From Candidatus Multivoradales bacterium (GTDB taxonomy: Bacteria; Acidobacteriota; Thermoanaerobaculia; Multivoradales; J023), in the NCBI GenBank assembly GCA_965248925.1, contig CBDFLE010000006.1, positions 1,088,001-1,152,000 on the forward strand: a stretch of 64,000 bases of DNA, given 5' to 3'. Position numbers and translations under genes: made by a program. Below are positions 27,511 through 35,992 of this stretch, piece after piece. Every line of letters begins with the position of its first letter. Position 1 is the stretch's first letter. Below the pieces are notes generated by a model. The model was not told where the DNA came from. It worked only from the letters and a program-made list of their open reading frames with translations, and searched no databases.

Positions 27511-27573
27511 ATCTCAAATGCTGCGATCTCAAACGCTGCGATCTCAAACACCGTGAAATCAAACACCGCGATC
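27511..27573 (+). repeat. Four degenerate 15-bp tandem units (ATCTCAAAYRCYGYG)
   Basis: ATCTCAAATGCTGCG / ATCTCAAACGCTGCG / ATCTCAAACACCGTG / AAATCAAACACCGCG. Confidence 0.8.
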
Positions 27574-27599
27574 CGGCACCCGACCCCGGCAACCCTCTG

Positions 27600-29456
27600 A
27601 TGCAATGGTCACCCAGCCAGCCGGCCGCCCCCGGTCTCGAGCCGCGCAACACCCTGCCGCTGTGCTGTTGGCTGCCGCTGTGCGGCTGGCTGCTGCTCTC
27701 CTGTTCTCTGTGGTTCAGCCCTCAACCGCTAGCGGCCGAACTCCCCCTTTCAGCCAGCGCGGCTGGCGTGCAAGGAGCAGACACCGCCGCCGAACTACTG
27801 CGAGTCGAGATTCCAAGCGGCCAACCCGGCGGCCTGCTACGGGCTGTGTTGCGGGCCGAACCCAAGACTTTCAATCCGGTGATCAGTGCCGACGGTCCTT
27901 CACTGGCCATCGCCGGCCTAACCATGGCCAACTTGATTCGGATTGACCGCCACAGCTTGCACACGGTGCCCGCATTGGCTCACCGCTGCACCCCTTCAGA
28001 GGATGGCCGGCGGCTGCGCCTGGACTTGCGTCGCGGGCTGCGCTTCTCGGACGGACACCCGTTCGACGCCGACGATGTAGTGTTCTCTTTCGCGGTCTAC
28101 ACCGATGCCCAGGTCAGCTCGCCGAGTCGCGACTTGCTGAAAGTCGCTGGGCGACCGATCACCGCCCACCGCCTCGGTCCCTATGCGGTGGAGATCGAAC
28201 TGGCTGCGCCCTATGCGGTCGGCGAACGCCTCTTTGACGGTATTGCCATCCTGCCCCGCCACAAGCTAGAGCGGGCCTACCGTAAGGGACGGTTGCGCCA
28301 GGCTTGGTCCTTGGGCACGCCAGCTGAAGAGATCGTCGGCATGGGCCCCTTTCGCCTGCGCCGCCACGTCGCCGGCCAATATCTGGAATTGGAGCGCAAC
28401 CCGCACTACTGGAAGGTGGATTCCGCAGGCCAGCGGCTGCCCTACCTGGAGCGGCTGATCTTTGCCTTCGTCCCTGACCAGAGTGCCGAAGCGATTCGCT
28501 TGCAGAGCGGCGAGGCTGACTTGGTGGAACGGCTCGCCGCCGACAATTTCGAGCGTCTCCGGCAGGCGCAGAGCAAGGGTGATTTCCGAGTCCAGGATCT
28601 CGGCGCGGGGCTGCAGATCGAGTTTCTGTTTTTCAATCTCAACCCGTTATCCGCCAGTGCTTCGGCAGCCCGCCGCCACCGTCAGCGCTGGTTTCGCTCC
28701 GCTGCTTTTCGCCGCGCGATCTCGGCCGCTATCGATCGGCAAGCGATCATCCGGCTGGTCTGGCGCGACCGCGCGCAGCCCCTGCGGTCGCCGGTTAGCC
28801 CCGGCAACCGCGCCTGGTATGACAGCCGCTTACCACCGAAGGCAAGATCGCTCGCCCGCGCCCGTAGCGAACTGCTCAGCGCCGGATTCCACTGGAACGA
28901 CCGCGGCGACCTGCTCGATTCGCAGCAGCATTTGGTCGAGTTATCCTTGATTACCAGCGCTTCCAACAGTCAACGACGAGGCGCGGCAACGTTGATTCAG
29001 GAAGACCTACGCCAGCTCGGCATCCGCCTGCGGGTGACCTCGCTCGAATTCCGCGCCCTGGTCGACCGGGTGACGGCAAGCTTTGACTATGACACTTGTC
29101 TGCTCGGCCTCGGCGGTACGGATACCGACCCAAATCCGATGATCGCCTTGCTGCATTCGCAGGGTGCCACTCACTTCTGGCAACTTGGCGGTGGCGGGAT
29201 CGAGCCCTGGCAAAAGATGATCGACCAGTTGCTCGAGGACCAGCTGATCAACCTCGATCCGCTAGCCCGCAAGCGCCAGTTCGACCAAGTGCAGCAGCTG
29301 GTCGTCGAGCACCAGCCGTTCGTTCCGCTATTGAGTCCCAACGTGTTGGTCGGCGCCCACCGCCGCCTCGGTGGCTTTCGCCCCGCCATCTTGGCACCGC
29401 ATACTCTGTGGAACGCCGACCAGCTCTACTGGCTCAGCCCACCGAGCAAACACTAA
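27600..29456 (+). CDS. Peptide ABC transporter substrate-binding protein (SBP family 5)
   Basis: EPKTFNPV, LRFSDGHPFDADDVVFS, GMGPF, ERNPHYW, FRRAISAAIDR. Start uncertain between 27483 and 27600. Confidence 0.9.
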   Translation: MQWSPSQPAAPGLEPRNTLPLCCWLPLCGWLLLSCSLWFSPQPLAAELPLSASAAGVQGADTAAELLRVEIPSGQPGGLLRAVLRAEPKTFNPVISADGPSLAIAGLTMANLIRIDRHSLHTVPALAHRCTPSEDGRRLRLDLRRGLRFSDGHPFDADDVVFSFAVYTDAQVSSPSRDLLKVAGRPITAHRLGPYAVEIELAAPYAVGERLFDGIAILPRHKLERAYRKGRLRQAWSLGTPAEEIVGMGPFRLRRHVAGQYLELERNPHYWKVDSAGQRLPYLERLIFAFVPDQSAEAIRLQSGEADLVERLAADNFERLRQAQSKGDFRVQDLGAGLQIEFLFFNLNPLSASASAARRHRQRWFRSAAFRRAISAAIDRQAIIRLVWRDRAQPLRSPVSPGNRAWYDSRLPPKARSLARARSELLSAGFHWNDRGDLLDSQQHLVELSLITSASNSQRRGAATLIQEDLRQLGIRLRVTSLEFRALVDRVTASFDYDTCLLGLGGTDTDPNPMIALLHSQGATHFWQLGGGGIEPWQKMIDQLLEDQLINLDPLARKRQFDQVQQLVVEHQPFVPLLSPNVLVGAHRRLGGFRPAILAPHTLWNADQLYWLSPPSKH

Positions 29457-29483
29457 ACCGAGCGAACGCCAAACCGAGCGACG

Positions 29484-30068
29484 ATGACCGCGAGATTGAG
29501 CCCACAGCCGAGCTGGGAAGACCCCAAGCTAGTCGCCGCTTGCCTGGCAGGCGACGAGCGCGCCTGGCGAGCGTTGGTCGACAAGTATAAGAACCTGCTC
29601 TTCGCCATCCTGCTCAAACGCGGCCACGATCGCGAGCAAGCTGCCGACATTTTCCAGACGGTCTGGCTCGATGCCTACAACGACTTGCCCAAGCTGCGCC
29701 AGGGTGGCGCCCTCAAAACCTGGCTGATCTCATTGGCCCACCACAAGAGCTACCATGCGACGCGTCACAAGCGGCGCTTGGAGAGCCGCGAGCAAGGAAC
29801 CGATGAAGAACTGGACGTGGCCGACCAAGGCCCCGACGCCGGCACCTTCATGATCGAGTTGGAACGGCACCAGCAAGTCCGGCAAGCCGTCGTCGGGCTG
29901 CCAGACCGATGTCGAGAACTGATCCGCATGCTGTTCTTCCGCTCTCCGGCCCTGCCCTACCGGCAAGTCGCCGAGCGCTTGGGGCTGGCGACTGGCTCGA
30001 TCGGCTTCATTCGCGGTCGCTGCCTGAAGAGGCTGCAACGAAGTCTCGAGCAAAGCGGGCTCGGGTGA
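29484..30068 (+). CDS. ECF sigma-70 factor
   Basis: Sigma2 (CLAGDERAWRALVDKY...DIFQTVW) and sigma4 (LPDRCRELIRMLF...YRQVAERLGLATGSIGFIRGRCLKRL). Confidence 0.92.
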   Translation: MTARLSPQPSWEDPKLVAACLAGDERAWRALVDKYKNLLFAILLKRGHDREQAADIFQTVWLDAYNDLPKLRQGGALKTWLISLAHHKSYHATRHKRRLESREQGTDEELDVADQGPDAGTFMIELERHQQVRQAVVGLPDRCRELIRMLFFRSPALPYRQVAERLGLATGSIGFIRGRCLKRLQRSLEQSGLG

Positions 30069-32929
30069 TTCGCCCAGCCACTGCAGAAGAACTCGCCCGA
30101 CGCCTCGCCAAGCTCGACGAGGCTGGACGCCAGCGGCTCGTGGCGCGCCATCCCGAGCTTAGGTGCCGGGCTCGAGTGCGGGAGTTGTGCAAGGCCAGTG
30201 CCGCCAATGCCGGCGCCGACCTGGAGCAGATGGACCGCCTGGCCGGCGCCGCGCAGTGGCTGGCGGGAGTTTTGAAAGAACCTCTGCCGCAGGCGCTGGC
30301 GTTGCGCGCCCGCGCCAACACCGCCCATTTCCAGGGCGAACTAGAGCAAGCCCAAGATCAGTATGGCGAAGCCCTGGCACTGCTCGAAGACGCCGGTGAG
30401 CAGCAGGAAGCCGCCATCACACGCTCCAGCGCCTTGCTCAATCTGGCCTATTTAGGCGACTACGACGGCGCCCGGCGGTGGTACGAGGCAGCGCGATGCG
30501 CGTTTGAAGAGCTTGGCGATCGGCAGCGGCTGGCAGTGCTCGAACACAACCTGGCGAACGTCCTCTACCGCCGCGACAGCTGGAGCGAGGCGCTCGATCT
30601 CTACCGTCACGCCCAGAGCGAGCTGGAACAGTTAGATCGACCTCTCGAGGCCGCGATCTGCTTGCGCAATGTGGCCGTCTGCCTGATCAGCCTGCACCGT
30701 TTCGACCAGGCTCTAGAGGCTTATCGCCAAACCCGCGCCTACGCCAACGCTCACCAACTCGATCGCATCTGCCTGCAAGCCGACTACAACATCGCCTACC
30801 TGCACTACCTGCGCGGCGAGTACATGCAGGCTTTACGTTTGTTCCAAACCGTCCGTCGCGATTGCGCCGACCAAGGAGATCTCTACCACCAGGCGTTGTG
30901 CGATCTGGATCTTGCCGAGATGTACCTCGAACTGAACCTGGTCGACGAGGCCGCCGAACTCGCCACCAACGCCCGGCAGAGTTTCACTGTCCAGCAGCTC
31001 ACCTACGAAGCAGCCAAAGCCGAGACCTTCCTGGCGTTGGCGCGCAGTCGGCTGGGTGACACTCAGACGGCGCTCGACGGGTTGGTCAGCGCCCGGCTCG
31101 CGTTCAGCGCCGAAGCCAACTTGCTGTGGCCGGCGCTGATCGATCTCTACCGCGCGGTGGTGCATTACCGACGCGGTGAACTCAGCGCCGCGCGGCCCTT
31201 GGCGAAGCAAGCCCGTAGCGCCTTCGCCGATCCGGCCACGGCGCCCAAAGCAGCCCTCTCTGCTCTGGTGCTGGCGGAGATCGAGTTGGCCAGCGGCCAG
31301 GCGGCCGCGGCCCGCCAAAGCACCGAGGACGCTCTGCGCCAACTCGCCGGCCACGACCTGCCGGTACTCGAGCATCAGGCCTACCGAACTCTCGGGGAGA
31401 TCGAAGAGATCGCCGCCGAATACCCTCGCGCCATCGCCGCCTACCAGCGCTCTCTGGAGCTTCTCGAGCGACTCCAGAGTCAGCTCCACGGCGAGCACCT
31501 AAAGATCCCCTTTCTTAGCGATAAGCACGCCGTCTACGGCAATCTAGTGCGCTTGATCGCCCACGACCGCAAACGCGTCGGCCGCGGGCGGCAAGTGTTG
31601 AAGATCATCGAGCAGGCCAAGTCACGGGCCTTGACCGATCTCCTGTGGTTTCGCAGTCACGACTTACCCTCGACCTCAGCGGCGGGCGATAAGCTAGTTG
31701 TCAGTCTCGCCAATCGGCGGGCCGAGCTGAGCACGATCTACCACCACCTCGACCGCCTGCAGCTGGCCAGCGGCGCTCCCGCTTTGGACCAACTACGCCA
31801 GCTGTGCGATCAGGCGCGGCGCTGCGAGAGTGCCTTGGTCGACCAGCAACGCCAACTCCTGGCCATCGACCAAGACCTCGGCTCCTTGCAGCCAGGGGCG
31901 CCGATCGACCTCGAAGCGATCGCTGGAGCCCTCGGCGACGATCAGCTGCTAGTCGAGTACTTCATCGCTCGCGACACTCTGCTGGCCGCGGTGGTCGATC
32001 GGCGGAGTATCGACATCGTCGAATTGGCCAGCGCCGAAAAAGTGCGCGGTGTTCACCGTCTGCTGCAGCTCCAACTCTCCAAATGGCCCCTAGGAGAAGC
32101 CCGTCTGCGTCCCAACATCCCGTTGATCGCCGCCGCCACCAGCGCTCATCTGGGCGAGCTTTACCAGGCCCTGATCACCCCCCTCGCCCACCTGCTGGAG
32201 GCCGGGCAGCAGCTGATCGTGGCACCGCACGGTTTCCTCCACTACGTGCCGTTTCACGCCCTCTACGATGGCCACGACCACTTGATCGACCATCACTCGA
32301 TCTCCTACACACCGAGTGCTTCCGTTTTTCAGTTGGCGGCCCGCAAATCAGCCGCGGCCAACCAGCGGTCGCTGGTGCTCGGGATCGCTGACCAACAAAC
32401 GCCGCACATTCTCGACGAGGCTCGCGCGGTTGCTTCCAGTCTGCCTCATTCGACCCTGTTGCTGGGTAGCGAGGCGAGCAGCTCGGCGCTGCGCCAGTTG
32501 GGTCCCGGAAGCCGCTTCGTGCACATCGCCACCCACGGCCTCTACCGCCGGGACAATCCAATGTTCTCCGCCATTCAACTGGGCGATGGGCGACTCAGTT
32601 TGTTCGATCTCTACGACCTCCAGCTAGACGCTGAGTTGGTGGCCTTGAGCGGCTGCGGTACCGGTCTGAACACCGTCCTCAGCGGCGAAGAGCTGGTCGG
32701 TCTGACCCGCGGCCTGCTCTACGCTGGAGCCCAATCGGCGCTGGTCACTCTGTGGGATGTCCACGACGCTTCCACGGCTGATTTCATGCGCCGCTTCTAC
32801 CGCCACTTGGGCAGCGGCAACGAACGTGCCGCCGCCCTGCGGCAGGCGATGCTGGAAACTCGCGAGCACCAGCAGCACCCCTACTATTGGGCGCCGTTCG
32901 CCCTGGTGGGAAAGCCCGATGGCCGCTGA
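30065..32929 (+). CDS. TPR-CHAT (caspase-like, HetF-family) protease
   Basis: GTGA overlap with the sigma stop. Long TPR array, then a CHAT domain with PHGFLHYVPFHAL, HIATHG (catalytic His), LSGC (catalytic Cys), TLWDV and HPYYWAPF. Confidence 0.92.
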   Translation: MIRPATAEELARRLAKLDEAGRQRLVARHPELRCRARVRELCKASAANAGADLEQMDRLAGAAQWLAGVLKEPLPQALALRARANTAHFQGELEQAQDQYGEALALLEDAGEQQEAAITRSSALLNLAYLGDYDGARRWYEAARCAFEELGDRQRLAVLEHNLANVLYRRDSWSEALDLYRHAQSELEQLDRPLEAAICLRNVAVCLISLHRFDQALEAYRQTRAYANAHQLDRICLQADYNIAYLHYLRGEYMQALRLFQTVRRDCADQGDLYHQALCDLDLAEMYLELNLVDEAAELATNARQSFTVQQLTYEAAKAETFLALARSRLGDTQTALDGLVSARLAFSAEANLLWPALIDLYRAVVHYRRGELSAARPLAKQARSAFADPATAPKAALSALVLAEIELASGQAAAARQSTEDALRQLAGHDLPVLEHQAYRTLGEIEEIAAEYPRAIAAYQRSLELLERLQSQLHGEHLKIPFLSDKHAVYGNLVRLIAHDRKRVGRGRQVLKIIEQAKSRALTDLLWFRSHDLPSTSAAGDKLVVSLANRRAELSTIYHHLDRLQLASGAPALDQLRQLCDQARRCESALVDQQRQLLAIDQDLGSLQPGAPIDLEAIAGALGDDQLLVEYFIARDTLLAAVVDRRSIDIVELASAEKVRGVHRLLQLQLSKWPLGEARLRPNIPLIAAATSAHLGELYQALITPLAHLLEAGQQLIVAPHGFLHYVPFHALYDGHDHLIDHHSISYTPSASVFQLAARKSAAANQRSLVLGIADQQTPHILDEARAVASSLPHSTLLLGSEASSSALRQLGPGSRFVHIATHGLYRRDNPMFSAIQLGDGRLSLFDLYDLQLDAELVALSGCGTGLNTVLSGEELVGLTRGLLYAGAQSALVTLWDVHDASTADFMRRFYRHLGSGNERAAALRQAMLETREHQQHPYYWAPFALVGKPDGR

Positions 32930-33020
32930 ATGGACAAGAAAAGTTCTTAACGACTATATTTTTCGCCGGCCAGCATCACCCCCATACTAGGTAGAGGGAC
33001 TTTTCATAGGAGCGTTCTCG

Positions 33021-33644
33021 ATGTCCAAGCCTGACTTGGCAGAATGGTGTGACTACGTGCGAGGGGTGGGAGATCCGCAACGCAAGGAGCGTTTGAGTGA
33101 ACTGCTCGCCAGCGGGCCGGCTGCCGCCCGCGATACCATCGCGGCGTTCTCTCAGGTGTTGGCCACGGCCCGCGCCGACCAGCTGCAGGAGCCTCCGGCC
33201 TATGCTCTACGCTGCGCCTACTCGCTCTCAAGCACCCGCCCAAGCGGTCGTCGAGAGAGTGGCTTTACTGACCGCGCTTTCCAAGTCGTCTTCGACAGCC
33301 TGCGCGATGCTCTGCCGGCCGGTTCGCGACGGCTGCACAGCGCTCATCGCCAACTGGTTATCGAGTCGGCTGAGATTCAGCTCGACTTGAAAATCGAGCG
33401 CGAAACCGATCCCGGGCAAACCGTGGTGGTCGGCCAAGTCATCGACCGGCAAGACGGTGATCCGCGCCCCCTGCGGCAAGTACCAGTGCTGTTGTTCTCG
33501 GCAACACGGGTCGTCGGACGAGCCCTCTCAGGGCCCTTCGGGGAGTTTCAGGCGGATGGACTGCGAGAGGATCCGGTCAGCCTCTGCCTGTTGATCAGCG
33601 ACGATGAGCGACTACGAGTACCTCTCGACGAGGCTTTTGAATAG
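33021..33644 (+). CDS. Hypothetical protein, putative anti-sigma factor / CHAT substrate
   Basis: AGGAG RBS. Helical N-terminus resembling a degenerate zinc anti-sigma domain (WCDYVRG...LSELLASG), central FDS..RR motif, C-terminal beta sandwich (LDLKIE...VVGQV...GPFGEF). Confidence 0.65.
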   Translation: MSKPDLAEWCDYVRGVGDPQRKERLSELLASGPAAARDTIAAFSQVLATARADQLQEPPAYALRCAYSLSSTRPSGRRESGFTDRAFQVVFDSLRDALPAGSRRLHSAHRQLVIESAEIQLDLKIERETDPGQTVVVGQVIDRQDGDPRPLRQVPVLLFSATRVVGRALSGPFGEFQADGLREDPVSLCLLISDDERLRVPLDEAFE

Positions 33645-33662
33645 CGAGATGGAGGAACTGGG

Positions 33663-35123
33663 GTGTTTGAGCAATCGATCCATATTGAATCTCTCCGCGG
33701 TCTGAAGATCGCCCTGCTGCTGGCGGCGCTGGCGGGCACTGCCACCCTGGTAGAACCGACGCTCGCGGAGCCCGGCCAAGGCAACCACTTCGACCGCCGC
33801 AACCCGCAGGTCAACCAAGCCTTGCTACGTGCCGACGCCAGCCAGCATCAGGCGATCGCCGCGCAATACGGCCTCAGCATCGTTGGCCGGCACGGCGATC
33901 TAGCCCTGGTCGAAGGACCCGGCTCGATGACCGCCGAACAGCTGACCGAGCTGCTGACCGGCGACCCGCGCCTCACCGCCATCGAGCCGGCCCTGCAAGC
34001 GCGCTTGCCGGCAAGTGCTGACGGCGGGAGCGAACGCGAAGACAGCGGCAGTCTGGCGCCCGATTTGCTGCGCCTTGGCAGCGCCGCGACTCCATGCACC
34101 AGTCAACTGGTCAACACTCCGCTGTGGAGCGGCTACGCCGACCAAAGCGCCGGCGACAGGATCCATCTCGACGAGGCCCAACAAGCTGCCGCGGATTGCG
34201 GAGCCATCACCGTGGCGTTACTCGACACCGGGGTCGATCCCGACCACCCGGTCTTGCAAGGGGCATTGCTACCCGGCTTCGATTTTCTCAGCGACACTCC
34301 GGGGACGGCTTCTGAGTTTCTCGATCAATCCGTGATGCCCATTGTCGAACACACGTTGATTACCGTCGCCGGCATGTCCGCCGCTGCGGTGGCAGCGGGC
34401 AACGCCCAGCCCCTGGAACTCGGAACCACGATGGCGGTCTTGGTGGCCCCGAGCAGCGCCGCCCAGCTGAGTAGCCAAGACCTGCCAGCATTCTTCGGCC
34501 ATGGCACGATGGTCGCCGGCATTGTTCGGCTGACCGCTCCCGGCGCCCGGATTCTGCCGCTACGAGTGTTCAACAGCGAGGGTCAAGGGCACGTCTTCGA
34601 CATCGTCCGGGCGATCTACTACGCCGTTGCACAAGGCGCCGAAGTGATCAGCATGAGCTTCAGCGTCGCGGAGTCCTCGGCCGAGCTGCGGCGAGCGGTG
34701 CAGTACGCCCGCGGCCAGGGGGTGACCTGCGTTGCCGCGGCGGGCAACCAAGGAGAGCGCGTGCTGGTCTATCCAGCCGCCCTTGCCGACGCTATCGGCG
34801 TCACCTCGACGACCCAGAACGACCAGCTCAGTGGATTCTCGAACTTCGGCGCCGCGCTGGTTGACCTCTCCGCCCCGGGCTCGGCGGTGATCTCCACCTA
34901 TCCCGGCGGCCTCTACGCCGCCGGCTGGGGCACCTCATTCAGCACTCCATTCGTCGCCGGCACTTTGGCCCTGCTGCACAACCTGGTCGACCCAGGCCCC
35001 ACCGCTCGGCAGAGCCGGATCAACGCCCTGCTATCTGGAGCTGAACGCATACCTGGATTGGCGGGCGATATCGGCCGCGGTCGGCTCGATGCCCAAGCGG
35101 CGGTACTTGCCGCCAGTCCATAA
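33663..35123 (+). CDS. Secreted subtilisin-like serine protease (S8)
   Basis: GGAGG RBS and a Sec signal peptide. Catalytic motifs VALLDTG, GHGTMVAG, AAAGN, GTSFS. Confidence 0.92.
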   Translation: MFEQSIHIESLRGLKIALLLAALAGTATLVEPTLAEPGQGNHFDRRNPQVNQALLRADASQHQAIAAQYGLSIVGRHGDLALVEGPGSMTAEQLTELLTGDPRLTAIEPALQARLPASADGGSEREDSGSLAPDLLRLGSAATPCTSQLVNTPLWSGYADQSAGDRIHLDEAQQAAADCGAITVALLDTGVDPDHPVLQGALLPGFDFLSDTPGTASEFLDQSVMPIVEHTLITVAGMSAAAVAAGNAQPLELGTTMAVLVAPSSAAQLSSQDLPAFFGHGTMVAGIVRLTAPGARILPLRVFNSEGQGHVFDIVRAIYYAVAQGAEVISMSFSVAESSAELRRAVQYARGQGVTCVAAAGNQGERVLVYPAALADAIGVTSTTQNDQLSGFSNFGAALVDLSAPGSAVISTYPGGLYAAGWGTSFSTPFVAGTLALLHNLVDPGPTARQSRINALLSGAERIPGLAGDIGRGRLDAQAAVLAASP

Positions 35124-35181
35124 GGCATCACCTCATGAGCGACCGTCCCCAGCCGAAGTAATGCTGGAGACGGTCGTTCGC

Positions 35182-35562
35182 TTACTCGCCGATCACTCCG
35201 CGCATCCACTCGGTCAGCTCGTGCTTGTCGCAGCGACTGGTTGCTACTCGCAAGGTGATCTCTTCAAGATCCTCGGGGGCCGGTAGTGGGTCAACGCCGT
35301 TGACTTCCAGAAACACTAGCGCAGCCAAGGCCGCGGCGCGCTTGTTGCCATCGTGAAAAGCGTGGTTCTTGGCAATGTGGAACAAGTAGGCAGCCGCCAT
35401 GGCGGCCACTCCATCGTGCAAGCATTGGCCACCGAACTGCTGCTGCGGCATCAATACGGCAGACTCCAACAGTCCCGGATCCCGCAGCCCGGCCAGCCCT
35501 CCCTCACGGGCGATTGTGTTCTCTTGGATGAGAAGGACGTCCACGACACTGAGGAAGCGCAT
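35182..35562 (-). CDS. doc: Fic/Doc-family toxin
   Basis: GLRDPGLLESA and the HAFHDGNKR Doc motif. ATG lies 1 nt after the antitoxin stop. Confidence 0.88.
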   Translation of the reverse strand: MRFLSVVDVLLIQENTIAREGGLAGLRDPGLLESAVLMPQQQFGGQCLHDGVAAMAAAYLFHIAKNHAFHDGNKRAAALAALVFLEVNGVDPLPAPEDLEEITLRVATSRCDKHELTEWMRGVIGE

Positions 35563-35563
35563 T

Positions 35564-35791
35564 TCACTCAGCCAACCGCTGCAACATCTTGGAATACCGA
35601 GGCCGAAGCTTAGCCAGAGATTCCTCGACTCTCTCGCGTCCAATTCCTACTTCGACCGGGGTCATGATCAACGAGTTGCCACTGATCGAAATCTGTAGAG
35701 GACTGTTCGCTTGGATACCTATCGCTTCCATCAGCGGCTTGTCGATCACCAATGCGTGGCTGTTGCCGTGCTTCTTGAGTGTCTTGACCAT
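35564..35791 (-). CDS. AbrB/MazE-like antitoxin
   Basis: MVKTLKKHGNSHALVIDK AbrB motif, C-terminal YSKMLQRLAE, AAGGAGG RBS. Directly upstream of doc. Confidence 0.88.
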   Translation of the reverse strand: MVKTLKKHGNSHALVIDKPLMEAIGIQANSPLQISISGNSLIMTPVEVGIGRERVEESLAKLRPRYSKMLQRLAE

Positions 35792-35803
35792 GGGCGCCTC
35801 CTT

Positions 35804-35822
35804 GTTAGTACAATGTTGTAAC
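35804..35822. promoter_or_regulatory. Possible toxin-antitoxin operator
   Basis: Imperfect palindrome GTTAGTACAATGTTGTAAC immediately upstream of the antitoxin RBS. Confidence 0.4.
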
Positions 35823-35992
35823 GCCTGCACAGCTCTGTCAAGTGCCACCACGGCTGCTGTGGCGACTTTCACAGCGGAACATCGCCTCCGCTTCGCCCCA
35901 CAGTCGCCACAGTCGGCCCCAGTCTCGCCCTGAAGGCTTGCCAGCCTACGGTTCTCGCGCCACACCGGCGCCGCACAACCGTGGAGGATCTC

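Noticed and set aside
29484-33644. Type III-E CRISPR (Craspase) accessory locus
   Set aside because: No Cas7-11/gRAMP, cas genes or array are in the window. Only the sigma/CHAT logic is shared.
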